64,000 nucleotides of DNA from Eledone cirrhosa (taxonomy: Eukaryota): NCBI GenBank assembly GCA_964016885.1, contig OZ024747.1, positions 81,964,001 to 82,028,000 of the forward strand, given 5' to 3'. How positions within the stretch are numbered: the stretch's first letter is position 1; each line of letters opens with the position of its first letter. Below are positions 40,326 through 55,499 of the stretch, piece after piece. The position numbers and the translations under genes were made by a program. The notes under the pieces were generated by a model. That model made no database searches and was not told where the DNA came from. It saw nothing but the letters and a program-made list of their open reading frames with translations.

Positions 40326-42864
40326 TATTCATATATATGGGTTATTGGAATGCTTGCTCCATTTCAAAGCCTATTAGCCTTACATACATCTTGCAATAGC
40401 ATTACAACATATCCCTTCTTCAATTGCTTTCATTTTTGTTGGGAGTCTCAAATCGCCATCTATTCGTCTTTTCCATGTTTACTTTCTTCTGTCTCTCAAT
40501 TTTCTTCCTTTGTTTATCTATACCATATTTGTCTATCACTTTCCTGTTGTGTCTTATCTTTTTAACCATAGTCATTATCTATCCATAATGTATATTTATA
40601 TATATAAAAACAAACATTATCTGGGTAGGCACTATAATATATTATAATTGTTAATCATATCAGTTAGCAGTGTATTGCTGGTTAAAACCGTCTATGTGTA
40701 TCCTAGCTGCAGCAATATGGATATTGATACAATGATAAAAAGAAAGGTTTCTTGAGAAGAATAAATAACACTCACCAATAAGAAATTATCTTTGGAATAA
40801 TAAAAAGTGATGAGCATAAAAGATGAATGATTTTCAGTAGTGCTAGAATATTTTATACTGTATGTGGGTTTAGAAAATACAAAAAAAAAAAAAAAGAAAT
40901 TATTTGTCATATAATGTTTATGAATGAATATCAAATATATTACATTTCTGTGAAAGAAAATCCTTCCTCCTACTCATATAGTAAAGGATAAATGGAATAA
41001 AAACAAAAAAGTATCATTCTAGCCAAGGAAGTATCAAAGTAAATCATTTGATTTCAAGGAACCCATTTCCATCAAATATTCACACTTCATAGTGAAAAGA
41101 TGTCAGGAGTATAGTGAATTCAAATTATTATTGAAGGTCAAGATCAAAGTGCGACAACCATACATATACATTATTTCAATAATATAGATGTCAGAACAGT
41201 AGAATAAAAGAGTATATGGACATATATACAATATGTTTGTGTATAATAAACATACATATATTTTTTTAAATAACCCCTTGACAGAAAACCACAATTGCAA
41301 AAGTCAGTAAAGTGCTGGCTTATAGCTGAAATGTATATAATTATTATTGCATCCACACCACTTCATTGTATTGGTAATAGAAGCATTTAACTCCCAATGG
41401 CTTACTCCATACAGTTATAGTTATAAGGAGGTATAGTTCACACATGTATATTTTATTTCAACCTTATCGAATTGGCTATGTGACAAGATCTATGAATTCG
41501 AAGCTCAAAACCTACCATATACAAACATCCTATCCAGGAGATGAGATTTCCCTATTCATAACAATAATATTCATCAAAGGTTTTTTTCCTGCCTCATAGA
41601 CACCCACCTCTACAGGTAGAGTAGTAGGTATTTTAATGAATCTTAAAGTAGAGTGTTACAATTCTTCAAATGGCTCTCTGTAGTCTACAGAATTCATTTT
41701 CCCAGAAATTTTAGTCTGTTACCCTTGGCATGTTGCCTCATTGAGTTGCAGTTAGCCAAAGAAAAATGAGCCCGTAACATGCGATAATAATGTTGATGTT
41801 GCTAAAATTATACTGAATATCACAATACACTACAATATCAGTAAAAATATTAAAATAATAATACTTACTGAATAATAAATTGACTGGGGGATCTAGGATT
41901 CAAAACGTTTCACTGGGAACAATACCAATAAAAGACTTCAACTAATGACGCTTTAATCACTCAGCATTTCAGGTACTCAATCACTGCAATTCATTGGTTC
42001 CATTATTCAAGTTTCCAGATCACTTGATTCCACTCCTTTATGTCATTCAATAGTAATATTGTATTAGTATTGAAGGTAATATTGTAATAACGATGTGACA
42101 AGCTGAATAAATATATCTTTAGTTAGTGGCAATTATTTCCCACTTTTACTTGTGTGGTCACTGAATTGGGTTTCATATGCTTATTAATGGTGTTTTTCCG
42201 TTCTCCATATTGCTATTTGTTCTCTTCATAACTTCCTTTTCTCATATTACATAAGATTTTCTATTGTCTCTACTAATATATTATTACCCAGAAATCCAAT
42301 TAATGATAGTGTCCCAGCATGACAATAACCTACTAACTGAAACCAGTAAAAGACTTATCAAGAACTGTAAGCTATATATAAAAAAATAATGTAAATATAT
42401 ATAAAGTGTTATTAGAAAAGATCTCGCTTATTTTCGTATAATTATTTTTCTTTATTTCTACAAGAAATGACATCATCCATAGGTTGTCAAACTGTCTCTT
42501 CTAAAAGAAGTCTTCATGCAAATATAAAAAAGTATTATTTCTCCCATGAGGAAATTAATGAAATAAGAATGCACAAGAAAGTACAGTAGTATAGTCCTCT
42601 GCAATACCTATATAACTGAAACATAACTGGATGGGTTGTGAAAAACTAACACCATGTGAAAAAATCTACATCAGTAATTTATATTCAATAAGCATCAAAA
42701 ACATGCATTTCTAAAGCCTGTTACAAATGAGAAAAATATATTATCTCTATCTAGGGCAGGTAAAATTCCCATGATCCATGAATGAATTCTTTCCAGCAGT
42801 CTCTGTCCCTCATTATCACTGCCATGTCCTGTTTCTCCAACAAACAAAGTATCTGGTAGAGAAT

Positions 42865-43118
42865 ATTAAGAAGATTACTAATGTAGGCGGGAAGCCACTA
42901 GAATTGGTTGACGACTCCCTGTATTTGGGAGCAAACATTGGGAATACGGAAGATGATGTGGTCGAGAGGAAGAGCAAAGCCTGGGCGGCGTGTCACAGCT
43001 TGAGATCGGTGTGGCAGTCGGACCTTCGTAAAGATCTGAAGATCCGTCTCTTCGATGCTGTAGTGGAGTCTGTGCTGCTGTACGGGTCTGAGACTTGGAC
43101 ACTGACCAAGAACCTCAC
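42865..43118 (+). pseudogene. RTE-group (RTE-X-like) RT C-terminal fragment
   Basis: LELVDDSLYLGA...RKSKAWAA...VWQS..RKDLKIRLF.AVVESVLLYGSETWTLT. Confidence 0.85.
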
Positions 43119-43150
43119 TCTATATTAATAATATTAATGATGATAATAAT

Positions 43151-43847
43151 AATGGTTTCTGCTTTAGGCATGAGGCCAGCAATTTGGGGAGAGGGGAAAG
43201 TCGATTAAATTGACCCCAGTGTGTGACTGGTACTTTATTTTATTGATTCCATGAGGATGAAAGGTAAAGCTAATTTCGGCGGGATTTGAACACAGAACAG
43301 AAAGCACTGTAACTATGCTGCAAAGCATGGTGTCCGATGTTTTTCCTATACTGCCAATCCAATGCCCTAATAATAATAATTGTTTCTACTTTTGGCACAA
43401 GGCCAGCAATTATCCCAGTGCATTACTGGTACTTTATTTTATCAACCTCATAAGGATGAAAAGCAAAGTTAACCTGGGCGAGATTTGAACTCAGACAATA
43501 ATAATAATAACTGTTTCTACCTTTCGAACAAAGCCAGCAATCACCCAGTACATTACTGGTACTTTATTTCATCAACCCCGTAAGGATCAAAGGCAAAGTT
43601 AACCTTGGCGGGATTTGAACTTAGAATGGAAAATAAAATTAATAATAGAAATAATAATAATTGTTTCTACTTTTGGCACAAGGCCAGCAATTACCTAGTA
43701 CATTACTGGTACTTTATTTCATCGACCCCGTAAGGATGAAAGGCAAAGTTAACCTCGGCCTGATTTGAACTCAGATCGTAAAGGGACGTAACTCTTTGCG
43801 TCAAAGCATAGCGTCCAACCCTCCACTGATACTGCCAATCCACCGCC
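43151..43847 (-). mobile_element. Stack of four head-to-tail tRNA-derived SINE copies
   Basis: Copies at about 43151-43368, 43378-43495, 43508-43628 and 43658-43847. A box TGGCAGTATCAGTGG, B box GTTCAAATC, central gcctttcatcctt..ggggtcgat.aaataaagtaccag domain, (ATT)n tails. Confidence 0.9.
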
Positions 43848-44151
43848 AATAATATTTGATTAGTTTCACAACAATAATAGATTAGCCATTCTGGAAATGT
43901 ATTCAATCCAATCTCAAATCGAAGACAATTTAAAAACAGTGTTAATTTTCCTTTTGCAGAGAGAAATCATGTCAGATATTTAATAGCTGATGAAGAAAGG
44001 ACAGTGATTTAAAGATTTTTGGTGAATTATTTCATCAGAGAGGAATGCAAGCAACAAATTAAGTTTATTTTAACAAACTAATCTGGTATCGAAAGATAAG
44101 CAAGTTCATTAAGAGTTGTAAAATTGTGAAGATGTTTTAGTTTTGCTCAAT

Positions 44152-44355
44152 AAAAGTTTATGCAACAGATTAATTTTCCTTCACTAGGAGAATGTAATCA
44201 CAAGATACAAATGCATATACGTTAATATATGTGTGTGTGTGTATGTACATTTTTGGGACACCTTGTATATATATATATATATACAAGATGTCTCAAAAAT
44301 GTATATGCACTTCAATAGCATTCTAATAAATATGTGTATACATATATATACATAT

Positions 44356-44433
<78 letters not shown>

Positions 44434-44541
44434 GTAAGTCCAAAGAATCATATATATATGTATATTAACGTACATGCATTTGTATCTTGTCGTGATTATA
44501 TTCTCCTGGTGAAGAAAAATTAATCTGCTGCATAAACTTTT
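44152..44541. repeat. Fold-back (about 80-bp arms) around a TA tract, with an inner Tc1-like inverted pair
   Basis: 44152-44230 is the reverse complement of 44461-44541; inner pair tttttgggacaccttgta/tacaagatgtctcaaaaa at 44240-44310. Confidence 0.85.
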
Positions 44542-44545
44542 GGAT

Positions 44546-44667
44546 TGCTGAAGCTCACAGATGAGATAACGAAGGACCGTGACGAATGGAGAGATGCTGT
44601 GCTTTAAAGGACCAGTCCCACCCTTGCAAGCAAGAAAAAGTGAACGTAAAAGGATGATGATGATGAT
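44546..44667 (+). mobile_element. RTE 3' end
   Basis: LKLTDEITKDRDEWRDAVL, then cccacccttgcaagca...acgtaaaaggatgatgatgat. Confidence 0.8.
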
Positions 44668-47049
44668 ATATGTACACCTAAACCATTTAAGAAGTTTCAG
44701 TTTATATAAAGTAACTGCAAAACTCAGGAAAATGAAATACTTTATTATAACTTAGTAGAAATTCCATCCTCCAAGCAGTTTTATCTGGTGTAGGTACAAG
44801 TGTATCTGTGTGTTTTGTAATGTATCTATAAATGTATACAAATGTATGAAAAGGGAAAAAGTACATGAAAATGTGAACTCACACTGATATATGTCTTGTA
44901 ATTCAAGTCTTAATATTTTGTGCCATATCAAACTGCATTAGTAAGACATAATACTGTAAAAAATAATTTCACAACGGTTTATATATTAATAAAAATACTA
45001 TAAACATTTGAATACACAACCCCATTTTTAGATATTTTCTGGTAACTCATTATAGGATGTTATGAGTTAATTATAAATTTATACCTTACAGTCATCATTC
45101 CTGCATATATCAAGTGATACTTTAAATTCCCAGTCCTCCACCAAATTCAACTGTTCCACTATTTCTCAATCATTTACTGAACTGCTTCCAAGTAAACACT
45201 TACCTATCAGTCTGTAATCTCTTTCCATAATCTTTTTAAATCATCTCATACATTAAGCTTTCCCTTATAAGTAGGATCTAGCTTCTTTATTCCAAATCAC
45301 ATATATATAAACATTACATAGACTATACGTGCATAGACATCATTATCATTAACACCATTTCACTTATGCTTTCTATACTCGCATGGACCGGACAAGTTGT
45401 TATGGTCTGAATTCATATTCAGGGGATTGTGTTTCATTCATATATACAAATTTTGGCATGCTTTCCATGGCTGGATACTCTTCCTAACATTAACCAATTA
45501 ACAGTGTGTACTTTGTACATTTTGTAAAGGCACCAACCCTAAAGAGGTTGTCATGTTCCCGACAAGAGTAAAGAGCCTTCTCTACTTTACATTTTTCCAT
45601 TCAATCAGACATTATTTTAAAAAATCAATAACAAACTCGCATACTTGGTTACAACAGACAATATATTTGACTCTTTAATAGACTCAAATTTTTTCTACTT
45701 GTTCTTGATTAGATTCTGACATGTTTATATTTGATGTATATATGTAATATCACAAAAATTACTACTACATCTTACATCTGCTTGTGTACGTTAAATTTTA
45801 TATATAATTTACATTGATTCTTTCATGCTAGATGAAATAGATGGTTCTGCAAATTCAGTTTTGTGTATAAGTTCTTGTAGCAAGTTGTAAACAAAATCAC
45901 CAAGATGTTAGAACTATTCACATTTAGCAGATATCTTGCTTAATATACAATGAGCAAAAACTTTGTCACTGTACCAATATCATTAACAAAAAACTGTCCT
46001 TTTAGCTACAGCCAAAGAATATATAAGTAGCTACATAAATAAATAAATGTTACATAGTAGTAATTCTTTATTTCCCTCCTTTTCACTTCCTTCACTAAAA
46101 ATTTATTTGCTGAACATAAGAAACTTTACAAGTCAGTTTGGAAATTATTCATAAACAACAACAATGGGCAACTGAAGAAATGACCAAATAAATGTATATT
46201 TTTGGCTCACCTAAGAAATATTATATTCAAACAAACAAAATTAAGGCTGTAGTTTGAAATAATGTGGCCCACAAGAGGATTTTTTTTAATTCTTAACCCC
46301 ATAAGTTTGACTTAGCATTACAAAGTTTTTAACCATGAGATATAAGTAAATAATGTAAATATATAAATTATTTTTTTATCAAATATTACATTTATAAGAA
46401 ATCACAGCATGAATGCTGCCATTTGATATATCATTATATATGGTCCAATCAAGATGATTTCTCATATCTCTAAGAGCTATATCACAAAGTAAAATGAATT
46501 AGAGAATTTTATAAATGTGACATTACAAGCAAATAAAGGCCGGAAGTTCATGTTTAACAAATGACTTGATTTTTTCAAGAGATAAGGTCATTATAAATTT
46601 GGTATATATATACACACACACACACACGCACACACACATATATATATAAATAGATAAACACATGCACATATATATTCAGGGCTTAAAATATATGTAAGTA
46701 AAAATGAGAAAGAAAAATAAAAAAAGAATGAGAAAAAAATGTATAGTGTAGGCATATTGAAAATATGCCAATTATAGTCTATTGAAATGTAATAGTCTAT
46801 CAGAACAATTATGGTAATTCTTCAATGCCACATGGAGAGCAATTGTTTTCTATATATTAAATATAATACTAAGAGATATTACATACATATGTGCATATTT
46901 CTGCATCTATAACATTTCGTAGGACAGTATATGTGTGGATACACATTCACGGTCACATAGACACACATATGTGTGTATGTATGTGTGTATATGTATGCGT
47001 ATATATATGTATATGCATACACATACCCACAAACATATATGTTTTAGTT

Positions 47050-47111
<62 letters not shown>

Positions 47112-50070
47112 GTATATATATTGTGAACTAAAACATATATACTGAAGTGAGAACTAAATTAACATATCTCTAAAGAGAAAAAATTACAGGATGATTTCTT
47201 TCTTCACCTCTCTCTCTCTCTCTCCTTCCTTTGCTCACTCTTTCTCTCTCTCACACATACACACAGTCAGCAACATATGGCCACATGGTGTATGTATAAG
47301 AATAGAGATTAGAGTTTTAATCAATTTTTCGTGATGTACAATAGATAAATGTATTTATGTAGATACATATATGGTTGCATTGTAATGTAAGTGCATATGT
47401 GCTTATATATGCTCATATATTATTTGTATATGTATGCATGTGAATGGTTGTGTGTGCATGCACATGCTTGTGTGTGTTGTATGTGCATGCACATATTTAT
47501 AGCATTTGCCAGTTGTTTCAATTCAAACCTGCAAACTGTCCATAGACAACAAACTGACTTAGACAACAACTGCAAAATTTACACCTTCGTAGTTCCAATA
47601 CCATAACATCTCAATGTCAATCCAGTCAAATGACACCCATATGACATTAAGTAACAAAGATGACATCAAGTTAAAAGTATTTGTTCCATGTGTAACATCA
47701 AATGAGGCTCATACACTGTCTGTCTAGAGAAACAATACATATAGCCAAAGATCATTTTCTGGCTGCTGTCCTAAAATTGACAGATTTCAACTAACTGTAG
47801 CTATTTAAGACTTTCATTTATATTTCTAATAAAAAACATTCCCAATGATTCTCAAATTATTTGGAAAATAATCAAGAATTAGAAGAGATTTTGAAATGTT
47901 ACTAACTTTCTCAAGTTTGGGACAAAACTTCACAATTCTTATGTAGATTTTAGATATATCTAAATACTTTAAAATACAGAACTTTGTATCATAGAAAAAT
48001 GAGATGTAATTTACAGCTTACACATATGCACTTTTAGTTAGACTCATTTGAAGTTACATCTCGTGTTGAACAAACGAGCAATGATGGTTGCTAGACACTA
48101 CGGCTTAATACAGCATGTTTGTTTACAAACACACTGAGCATTATAATAAATGTTCGGTGAATCCATACGTACATATATATATGTGTGCATGTATGCATAC
48201 TACTGTACGTCTGTATACATATATGTATGTACGTGTACATACTTATATTTAAGTAACAGCCGTACTAAGAGTGGGAAATGAAATTTTGTTTCATTTTTTC
48301 CGTTTATCTCATAAGAGATTTCATGAAAAACAACAGGAAATGAAAAATCTTGCTCAAGAACACAACACACTTTATGGTAGAGGAATCAAACATCTCACCT
48401 TACGATCGTCAATCTAACAGCTTAACCACTAAGCAACACACTTTCACTCTTATGGTCATAGAACCAGAGATGGTTTCAGGTGATTTAGTATTAAAATAGT
48501 TAATCTAACAATAGTCTCTTTTTACCTGATATCAATCAGCTTAAATTTTTCAACTTATTGACATGAAATAGTTAATCGCGAAATTGTATTGTCTCCATAT
48601 ATAGTATTAATAGATAAAACTAATTATTTCATATATACATTGGGGTTTATCATCTTAATATCAGCTTTTCTCATTTTTCACAGAAGGAATAATTTTTTTT
48701 ATATGGCATCTATCTATATAATTAATAGCAACACAAATATAAGTACAAACATTATCTATATCCACTTTTATGTCTTTCCCTCCTCTTTTCATAAACATCT
48801 TTATCATTTTTGTGACAAATATAATGAAAATTCTGAAAACTGTCACAGATAAAAAATTTAGGAAAATTTCATATGATAGGATAGTAATTATGAAGTGCGT
48901 AAATGACGATTGCATTGTTGGTGTTGACATTTTGAAATGGTGATATTGATAGTGACAACATTTTTAATAATGCCAATATATGTTGCAATTGATAATTATG
49001 ACAATGTGAACAATTTCCAATACAATTAGGCAGAGAGTGAAATTGACATATTGAATTGAGACAGTGGTAATCATAATGCAACAGCAACAATTACTAAAAC
49101 AATGATGCTGTCAGGAAATTACATAGGGTCTTTAAAATCCAAAACTTTGTAATAAAATGAAAATATAATCGAAAACTCATTACTTGAAAGTACTTGATCA
49201 CTCTCTAAATTCTATCATGTTTTGTTTTTTCTCCCAATGTCCTGAAACACCTTTGGCAGTTTTTTTCAAAAGTTCTTCACAAATCATGTTCATTTATTTA
49301 AATATAACATTCGTGCTTTGAAGAAAGAGAATAGGGCTGATAAGTATTGACAGAGTTAATAGAAAGAATGAGGGATGGAAATTGCTGCATACGGTGATAA
49401 AAGCAGGGCATGCCAAAGAAATGTTTATGAAATAGTTCTTAGAGCAAATATATATGGTGAATATTGGCTGAACAAGTTCTATAGGGCAAAAAATGGTATG
49501 GATAACATACCAGAAATATGGTAAATTGCCATTAAAGCCATAGAAAATTATACAAAACAAAAGAAATGACACCATCATTTTCTTTGATAAATATCAGAAA
49601 AGTGCTTGTAGAACAGCAAAAACATGCTGTAGAACAGCAAAACCTTTTTGGTGGGAAGGTTTAATTTGATCATGATTTTATTAGGGCTAATACACAACAT
49701 TTTAAAAAATGATATTCATATTTACATACCCACTAATATTTGATAAAATTCTAGACAAAAGTCTGTCTTAAGCCATCTAAGGTTTGTTAGGCTGGTGTTT
49801 ATCCTGGTTTCATGGCATGAAGCGACTGAGGGTACAAGACTTCCCATTGGAAAGGACACCAGTCCATCGCAGGGTTAAATCCCCAGCTATTGCTGGTACT
49901 CATTTTTAGTTGTTAGAAATAGCATCCAAATCTGACAATTCTTTCAGAGACACTGAATAACATATTCTTAGATATATATCCTTAAATTGACAGGGTGTGT
50001 CATGGCTGGAATGACTGACCAAAAATATTCCAGCCATGCCACACACACATATCTATATACACATACAAAC

Positions 50071-50156
<86 letters not shown>

Positions 50157-50157
50157 C

Positions 50158-50410
50158 ATCATCATCATCTTCGTTTAACGTCTATCTTCTACGCTAGCAT
50201 GGGTTAGATGGGAGTTGTCCCACTTGAGACAAGGTTGGTTGGGTGACCGTGTCTCGCAGATATAGGACTATCTGGCAAGTTTTCTATGGCTGGATGCCCT
50301 TCCTAACACCAATCACATTTACAGTGTGGAACTGGGAACTTTTTACCATGTTACCTACACAACCACATTACAGCATGGACTGTGTGTTTTTTGTCGTGAC
50401 ACCTACACGA
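50158..50410 (-). mobile_element. RTE 3' UTR fragment
   Basis: (CAT)n tail and ggctggatgcccttcctaacacca motif shared with 29515 and 33917. Confidence 0.85.
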
Positions 50411-50435
50411 TATATATATACATACATATATACAC

Positions 50436-51050
50436 ACGACTACGTTGGTACGGTCACGTGATGCGCATGAAAGACGACAGCTGTATAAAAAAGTGCAGGG
50501 CGATAAAAATAGACGGTAGCCACGGAGTAGGCAGACCCAGAAAAACCTGGGACGACTTCATAAATTCTGACCTCACACACTTACACCTCTCCAAGACAAT
50601 GTCACTGGACCGAGAGCTTTGGCACCTCACAGTTATACAGAAGACCCGCCTTGCCTAAGTACAAAGCAAAACCTACAGTCAGTAGGCACCTCTAACAAAA
50701 TACACCCTTGTCCCACTACCCCCACCCCATCCACACCACCCCCTTAAATGTGAAGTTATGTTGGTACCACAACATCCAGTCCGAAACAAATGAGGTCGTG
50801 TAGGTGTCACGACAAAAAAACACACAGTCCACGCTGTAATGTGGCTGTGTAGGTAACATAGTAAAAACCTCCCAGTCCACACTGTAAATGTGGTTGGTGT
50901 TAGGAAGGGCATCCAGCCGTAGAAAACCCACCAGACAGTCCTATACGAGCAGGACAACCAATCTTGCCTCAAGTGGGAAAACTCCCGTCCAAACCCATGC
51001 AAGCGTGGAAGATGGACGTTAAACGATGATAATGATGATGATAATGATGA
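50436..51050 (+). mobile_element. 5'-truncated RTE LINE (C-terminus and 3' UTR)
   Basis: [14 protein letters not shown]...GRPRKTW...KTRLA*; (GAT)n tail. Confidence 0.92.
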
Positions 51051-51769
51051 CACACACACACACATATATATACATATACACACATAATTGCTGTTTTTGA
51101 CCTGTAGCATAGCTAAAGTTTGTCTGACCTCAATCCTGAAAAACACAATACATATTAATTACTGCTTCCCAAAATGTTCCACCTAGGACAGACTGCTTCC
51201 TTCATCCCCTTGTAGCTACACTATCGGTTATGAAGTATGGATTACATACTAAAGTTCATAAATTTTTATTGCAGCTTTAGCTGGCCTGAGAAGTAAATAT
51301 TTATTACCTAAGATCTCAAGTATATTTTATTTGTCACATAAATATATTGATTTAGATGTTAAATTTATTATTTATGGACACATGGACAAGCAGCAGTCTG
51401 TAGCTATTGCCCAACATTCAAATTTATGGTGAAAGAATTCCAGCCAGTGGTTTAGTGTCTGGGTAAACAAAATCATATGTATACATTTTTGCTTTTACAA
51501 ATGATTTTATTCCTACTTTTACATATGTACATCAGTTAAATAGTCTAGCAAAAGTTATGTATTAGTATACCTAAATTTATATTAGTTTTCTTAATGTCTT
51601 AGCATAACATTACAAGGTACTGAAATGAAGAGGTTGATGTTCTTTAGCGAAAGTGAGTTGAACAACCGAACTCTTCTATTAGCATATTTCCAATGAAAGA
51701 TAATGCCTATGATTTTCAATCTGGAAAATAATCAGGCATTTAACTATTATTATAACTAAATTTCAATTA

Positions 51770-51980
51770 TTAATCCTTTAGCATTTACATTACGCTATAT
51801 ATACTATTGTATTTTCACAGTAAAGGCTTTATCTCACATAATATCAAATCTATAAGATTTTGATATTTATTTTGAGAATAATACCTTAATGTCAGTATGA
51901 GTGGCTAGTTACGGCTGGTTTGAACAGAGAGGTGAGAGAATTCTGGCCGGATACAGCTGGTTTAAATGCTAAAGGGTTAA
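51770..51980. mobile_element. piggyBac-like MITE
   Basis: ttaatcctttagcatt...aatgctaaagggttaa. Confidence 0.8.
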
Positions 51981-52617
51981 GTTAGTATAATATAACTTAA
52001 AGGATACATATAAACATAACTATTATACACAGGGTTCTTTATTCTATCTTTTAACACAGGATTATACAAGGCATATTCACAACACAAAATATCTGGTCTT
52101 AGTATTTCTTAGATGTTACATAAACTTGTATGTATGTGAATATATGTGTTTATGGATGGCCTTTATCTGAGTGTTTGTATTGATTTTGTTGTTATGGATT
52201 TCAACAAATTTTCCCCGGTGGTTTTGCATTTACCAACTAATATCTTTTGCTTCTTGTCTAGTTTGTCAATATCAGTTTCAGTTCTACACTATTGATACAC
52301 ACACACACACACACACACAGGCATGTGTATGAGAAGGAGACATTCTGTATTCTGTATGTCTCAATAGAATTACTATGTGCTGATGATATGATTATCTTCT
52401 TGTTCACCATACTAAGTAATTAAAACTTAATAATGTACAGATGATTTTATGAGAAGAATATAGATAAGATTTGTTATGTTTAGGTGGTATGTTAGTAGTT
52501 ATTGGTATATTGTATTACTAGACATGTGGTCAGAGTTTTACCACTTACAAAAGAATCTGTCAGAAAGGGAAAGTAGCATTGATAAAGTACTTCCTTACTA
52601 TAGACTGATTAATAATT

Positions 52618-52659
<42 letters not shown>

Positions 52660-55499
52660 CCTGTGCAGCTAATGAAAATATTTTTGACATTCCCTTCACT
52701 TGTTCCATAGTCTCTGGATGAATAATTTTTATCAGGTCTGTCATTTCACTGAAGACAAGGTATTTGAATTCACTGGAGCTATATCTTTGGTAAATAAACT
52801 ATTCATTCTTTCTAGTTCTTCCTTAATTGCATTTGAAGAAAAAGGATAAAACAGATTTTATTTTACCAATGTAGGAAGCAGATGTTGTAAGGTAGTGGAG
52901 ATATCAATGTTTTTAATCTATCAATCTCTGTGCAGGTTCTTATTCCAATCTTCATTCTACCCAAGACAATATCAATTTTACAAAATAGTTTAACAATGTT
53001 GAGCAAAGTGTTAACTTATGTATTTTTCCCCAGTTATTCCATTCTACCTCTACTTCCTTAAAAACATGGTCCACTTTATGAAGCATTTTCACCTGTTATG
53101 CATCTATCTAAATGTCTACAAAACACTAAATCCTCTTTCATATTAATTGCAAATGTAATGTTTCATTTAATAAGCTTAACAAAATAGTTACAGTTAATTT
53201 CTGTAATGCTACACATTGTAACATTTTCCATACTGTGTGAATCAAATTTAGAATATCCATGTGTGTTATAAGAGGTGATTAAAATGCAGGTAACAAGGAC
53301 ATCCTGCTGTAAAACAGCTGCAAAAAAGGCCCCATGACAAGTAGGAAGCCTATCACAATGTGATAAAGTTAACCACTGCCATAGTAGAGAAAAGGCATTG
53401 AAACATTTATATGGCATCATTTGCTTATTTCATCTTTTACTGAATAATTTTTGTGATTCTAGATGCCACTGCCAACAGAAATCCTTTGGCAATCAGGTAC
53501 AACGTTTAGTGTTAATAATCAAGTATAAGGTTTCATATGATGCTTTTAACTATTTTGTTTTACCAGTGTATGATTTTCTTAATTGCTTTTGCATTTACAA
53601 AGATTTCAGTAATCTTTCCTGGGAAAAATATAAAGTGTTGCTTGTTTATTTAATTTAGCAAATTTCATGATTTCATATATTTCCAAATAAAGAGTTCCAA
53701 ACAATAGCAGTAAACACACATTGTATTAATGCTGTTGACAAAACCACTTCCTTTTCTTGGATTGTTAATAAATGTCTAAACAAATGGTAAAGGGAACCAA
53801 GTGTCACAAAGCAACACAAAATAATCTACAAATCCTTACTAATATATATTTGTAAATGGTCAGTTACAGTATCAACAAAAGGTTTTACAATGTAGTACAG
53901 CCAATGGATGTCAGTTTGAGTATCAAGAAGGACATCCAAGCATAGAGGTTTGCCTCAATGATTTCATCTAAGCAATGTGACTATGGAAAAACAGCTACAA
54001 AATTAATGAGAAAGAAACTTCTATAAAATATAAAACAAAAGTATGTGTTAGAAACTAAACTAGTAAAAAGCCAGACTAATCTGTACCAGTTGCTTTCTTC
54101 TTGTTCAATTGTATTCCATACTTTCCCTATATATTTTATAGAAAAGTTTTTTTTCTCACCAGTTTTGCAGCTGTTTTTTCCTACTTGCATATATTAGATG
54201 AAACTTTATGAGGCAAAATTCTATGCCTGGATGCCCTTCCTGACAACAACCCTCACTGTTTTTAAAAGTAAAGTATAGATTCTTGTATGTCTAACCACCT
54301 GCATGATCAAATGCAAAGATAAAACTCAAACAAGCACACACAGAGACAAGCGCGCATAACTTTTAAAGATAAAGAAAAATAATATCTAACAACAAAAAGA
54401 AAATACATAAAAACTGTAAAAATACAGCTATTTTGTTAAGAAAACAATTTGAATTATGTGTATATTTCAAGTAACCTTTTTTATAGACAGATAAATTGAT
54501 GGATTAAAACAAATAACTTACTCCATACCAATACAAGTAATCATTATCTGAGTCTCCCACCCATCCTTGTAAGAATCACAACTCATAATTTAACCCTTTT
54601 GATACCAATCCACCTGAAACTGCCTCTGATTCTACAATACAAATCTTTGTTTTAAGTGTAATATATTTTTTTTAAAGATTCCAACATAAATTTATGTAAG
54701 AACCTTTGTTAAGTTATATTCCAAATCTAAGCTTGATAATGAGAAAGTTTGTTGTATTACTAAACCCCTCCAAATTCTCAAAAATTTTCAAAAAATTGTT
54801 TGAAAATTATAGGCACAGCATCTTTCATTAGAAATATGGTAATTAAAGAGTAAGGACAATGGTGGTCTAGATTACGTATTTTTTCTTCAAACAGAAACTA
54901 TCCCTACAGTTATGAGACAACCAAAATTAGTTATCATTATGTGGATATTTAGATATATATTTTTGAAAATGGAAACTTGCAACTGATCTTAGAATTTTCG
55001 AGAAGGTTATAATCAATTCAATCATCTTTGCTTTCTTTCCTTGCATCTAGAGAGCAGAGAGTCGTTGTCAAACATAGTAAAATTGAAAAATAAAATAAAT
55101 ATTACAGCAGATCTCTCCTTTGTGTACTAACTCTACTATGTCAATTTGCCGTTAATGTACATGGCATAAAAATATAGATCCATATATATACATGTGTGTG
55201 TGAGTGTACGTGTATGTTTAAGTATTGAAATTTTTCTCTCAAATATGCTCTTCTCCCTCAATTAATAGTTAAGAGCTAATCACAGATGTGGAACCACAAT
55301 TAAAGGCAACATAAAGCTATTTTTAGTTACATGCATACGTTTCCAACATGACAAATCCTTTCTACTTAAGTGATTAATATAAAAAATAACTACAGAAAAG
55401 AAGTAATGGAATGCTAAAAAGGAACTCAAATTAAATGCTTTTGTATGTAATTTTGTTTCAGATCACGTCTTACAATTGCAGAAATCCTGTTAGTTAGAA

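Noticed and set aside
41885-41980. Minus-strand GAAACGTT with upstream CTGAAAT
   Set aside because: Non-canonical core and weak stems; may be chance.
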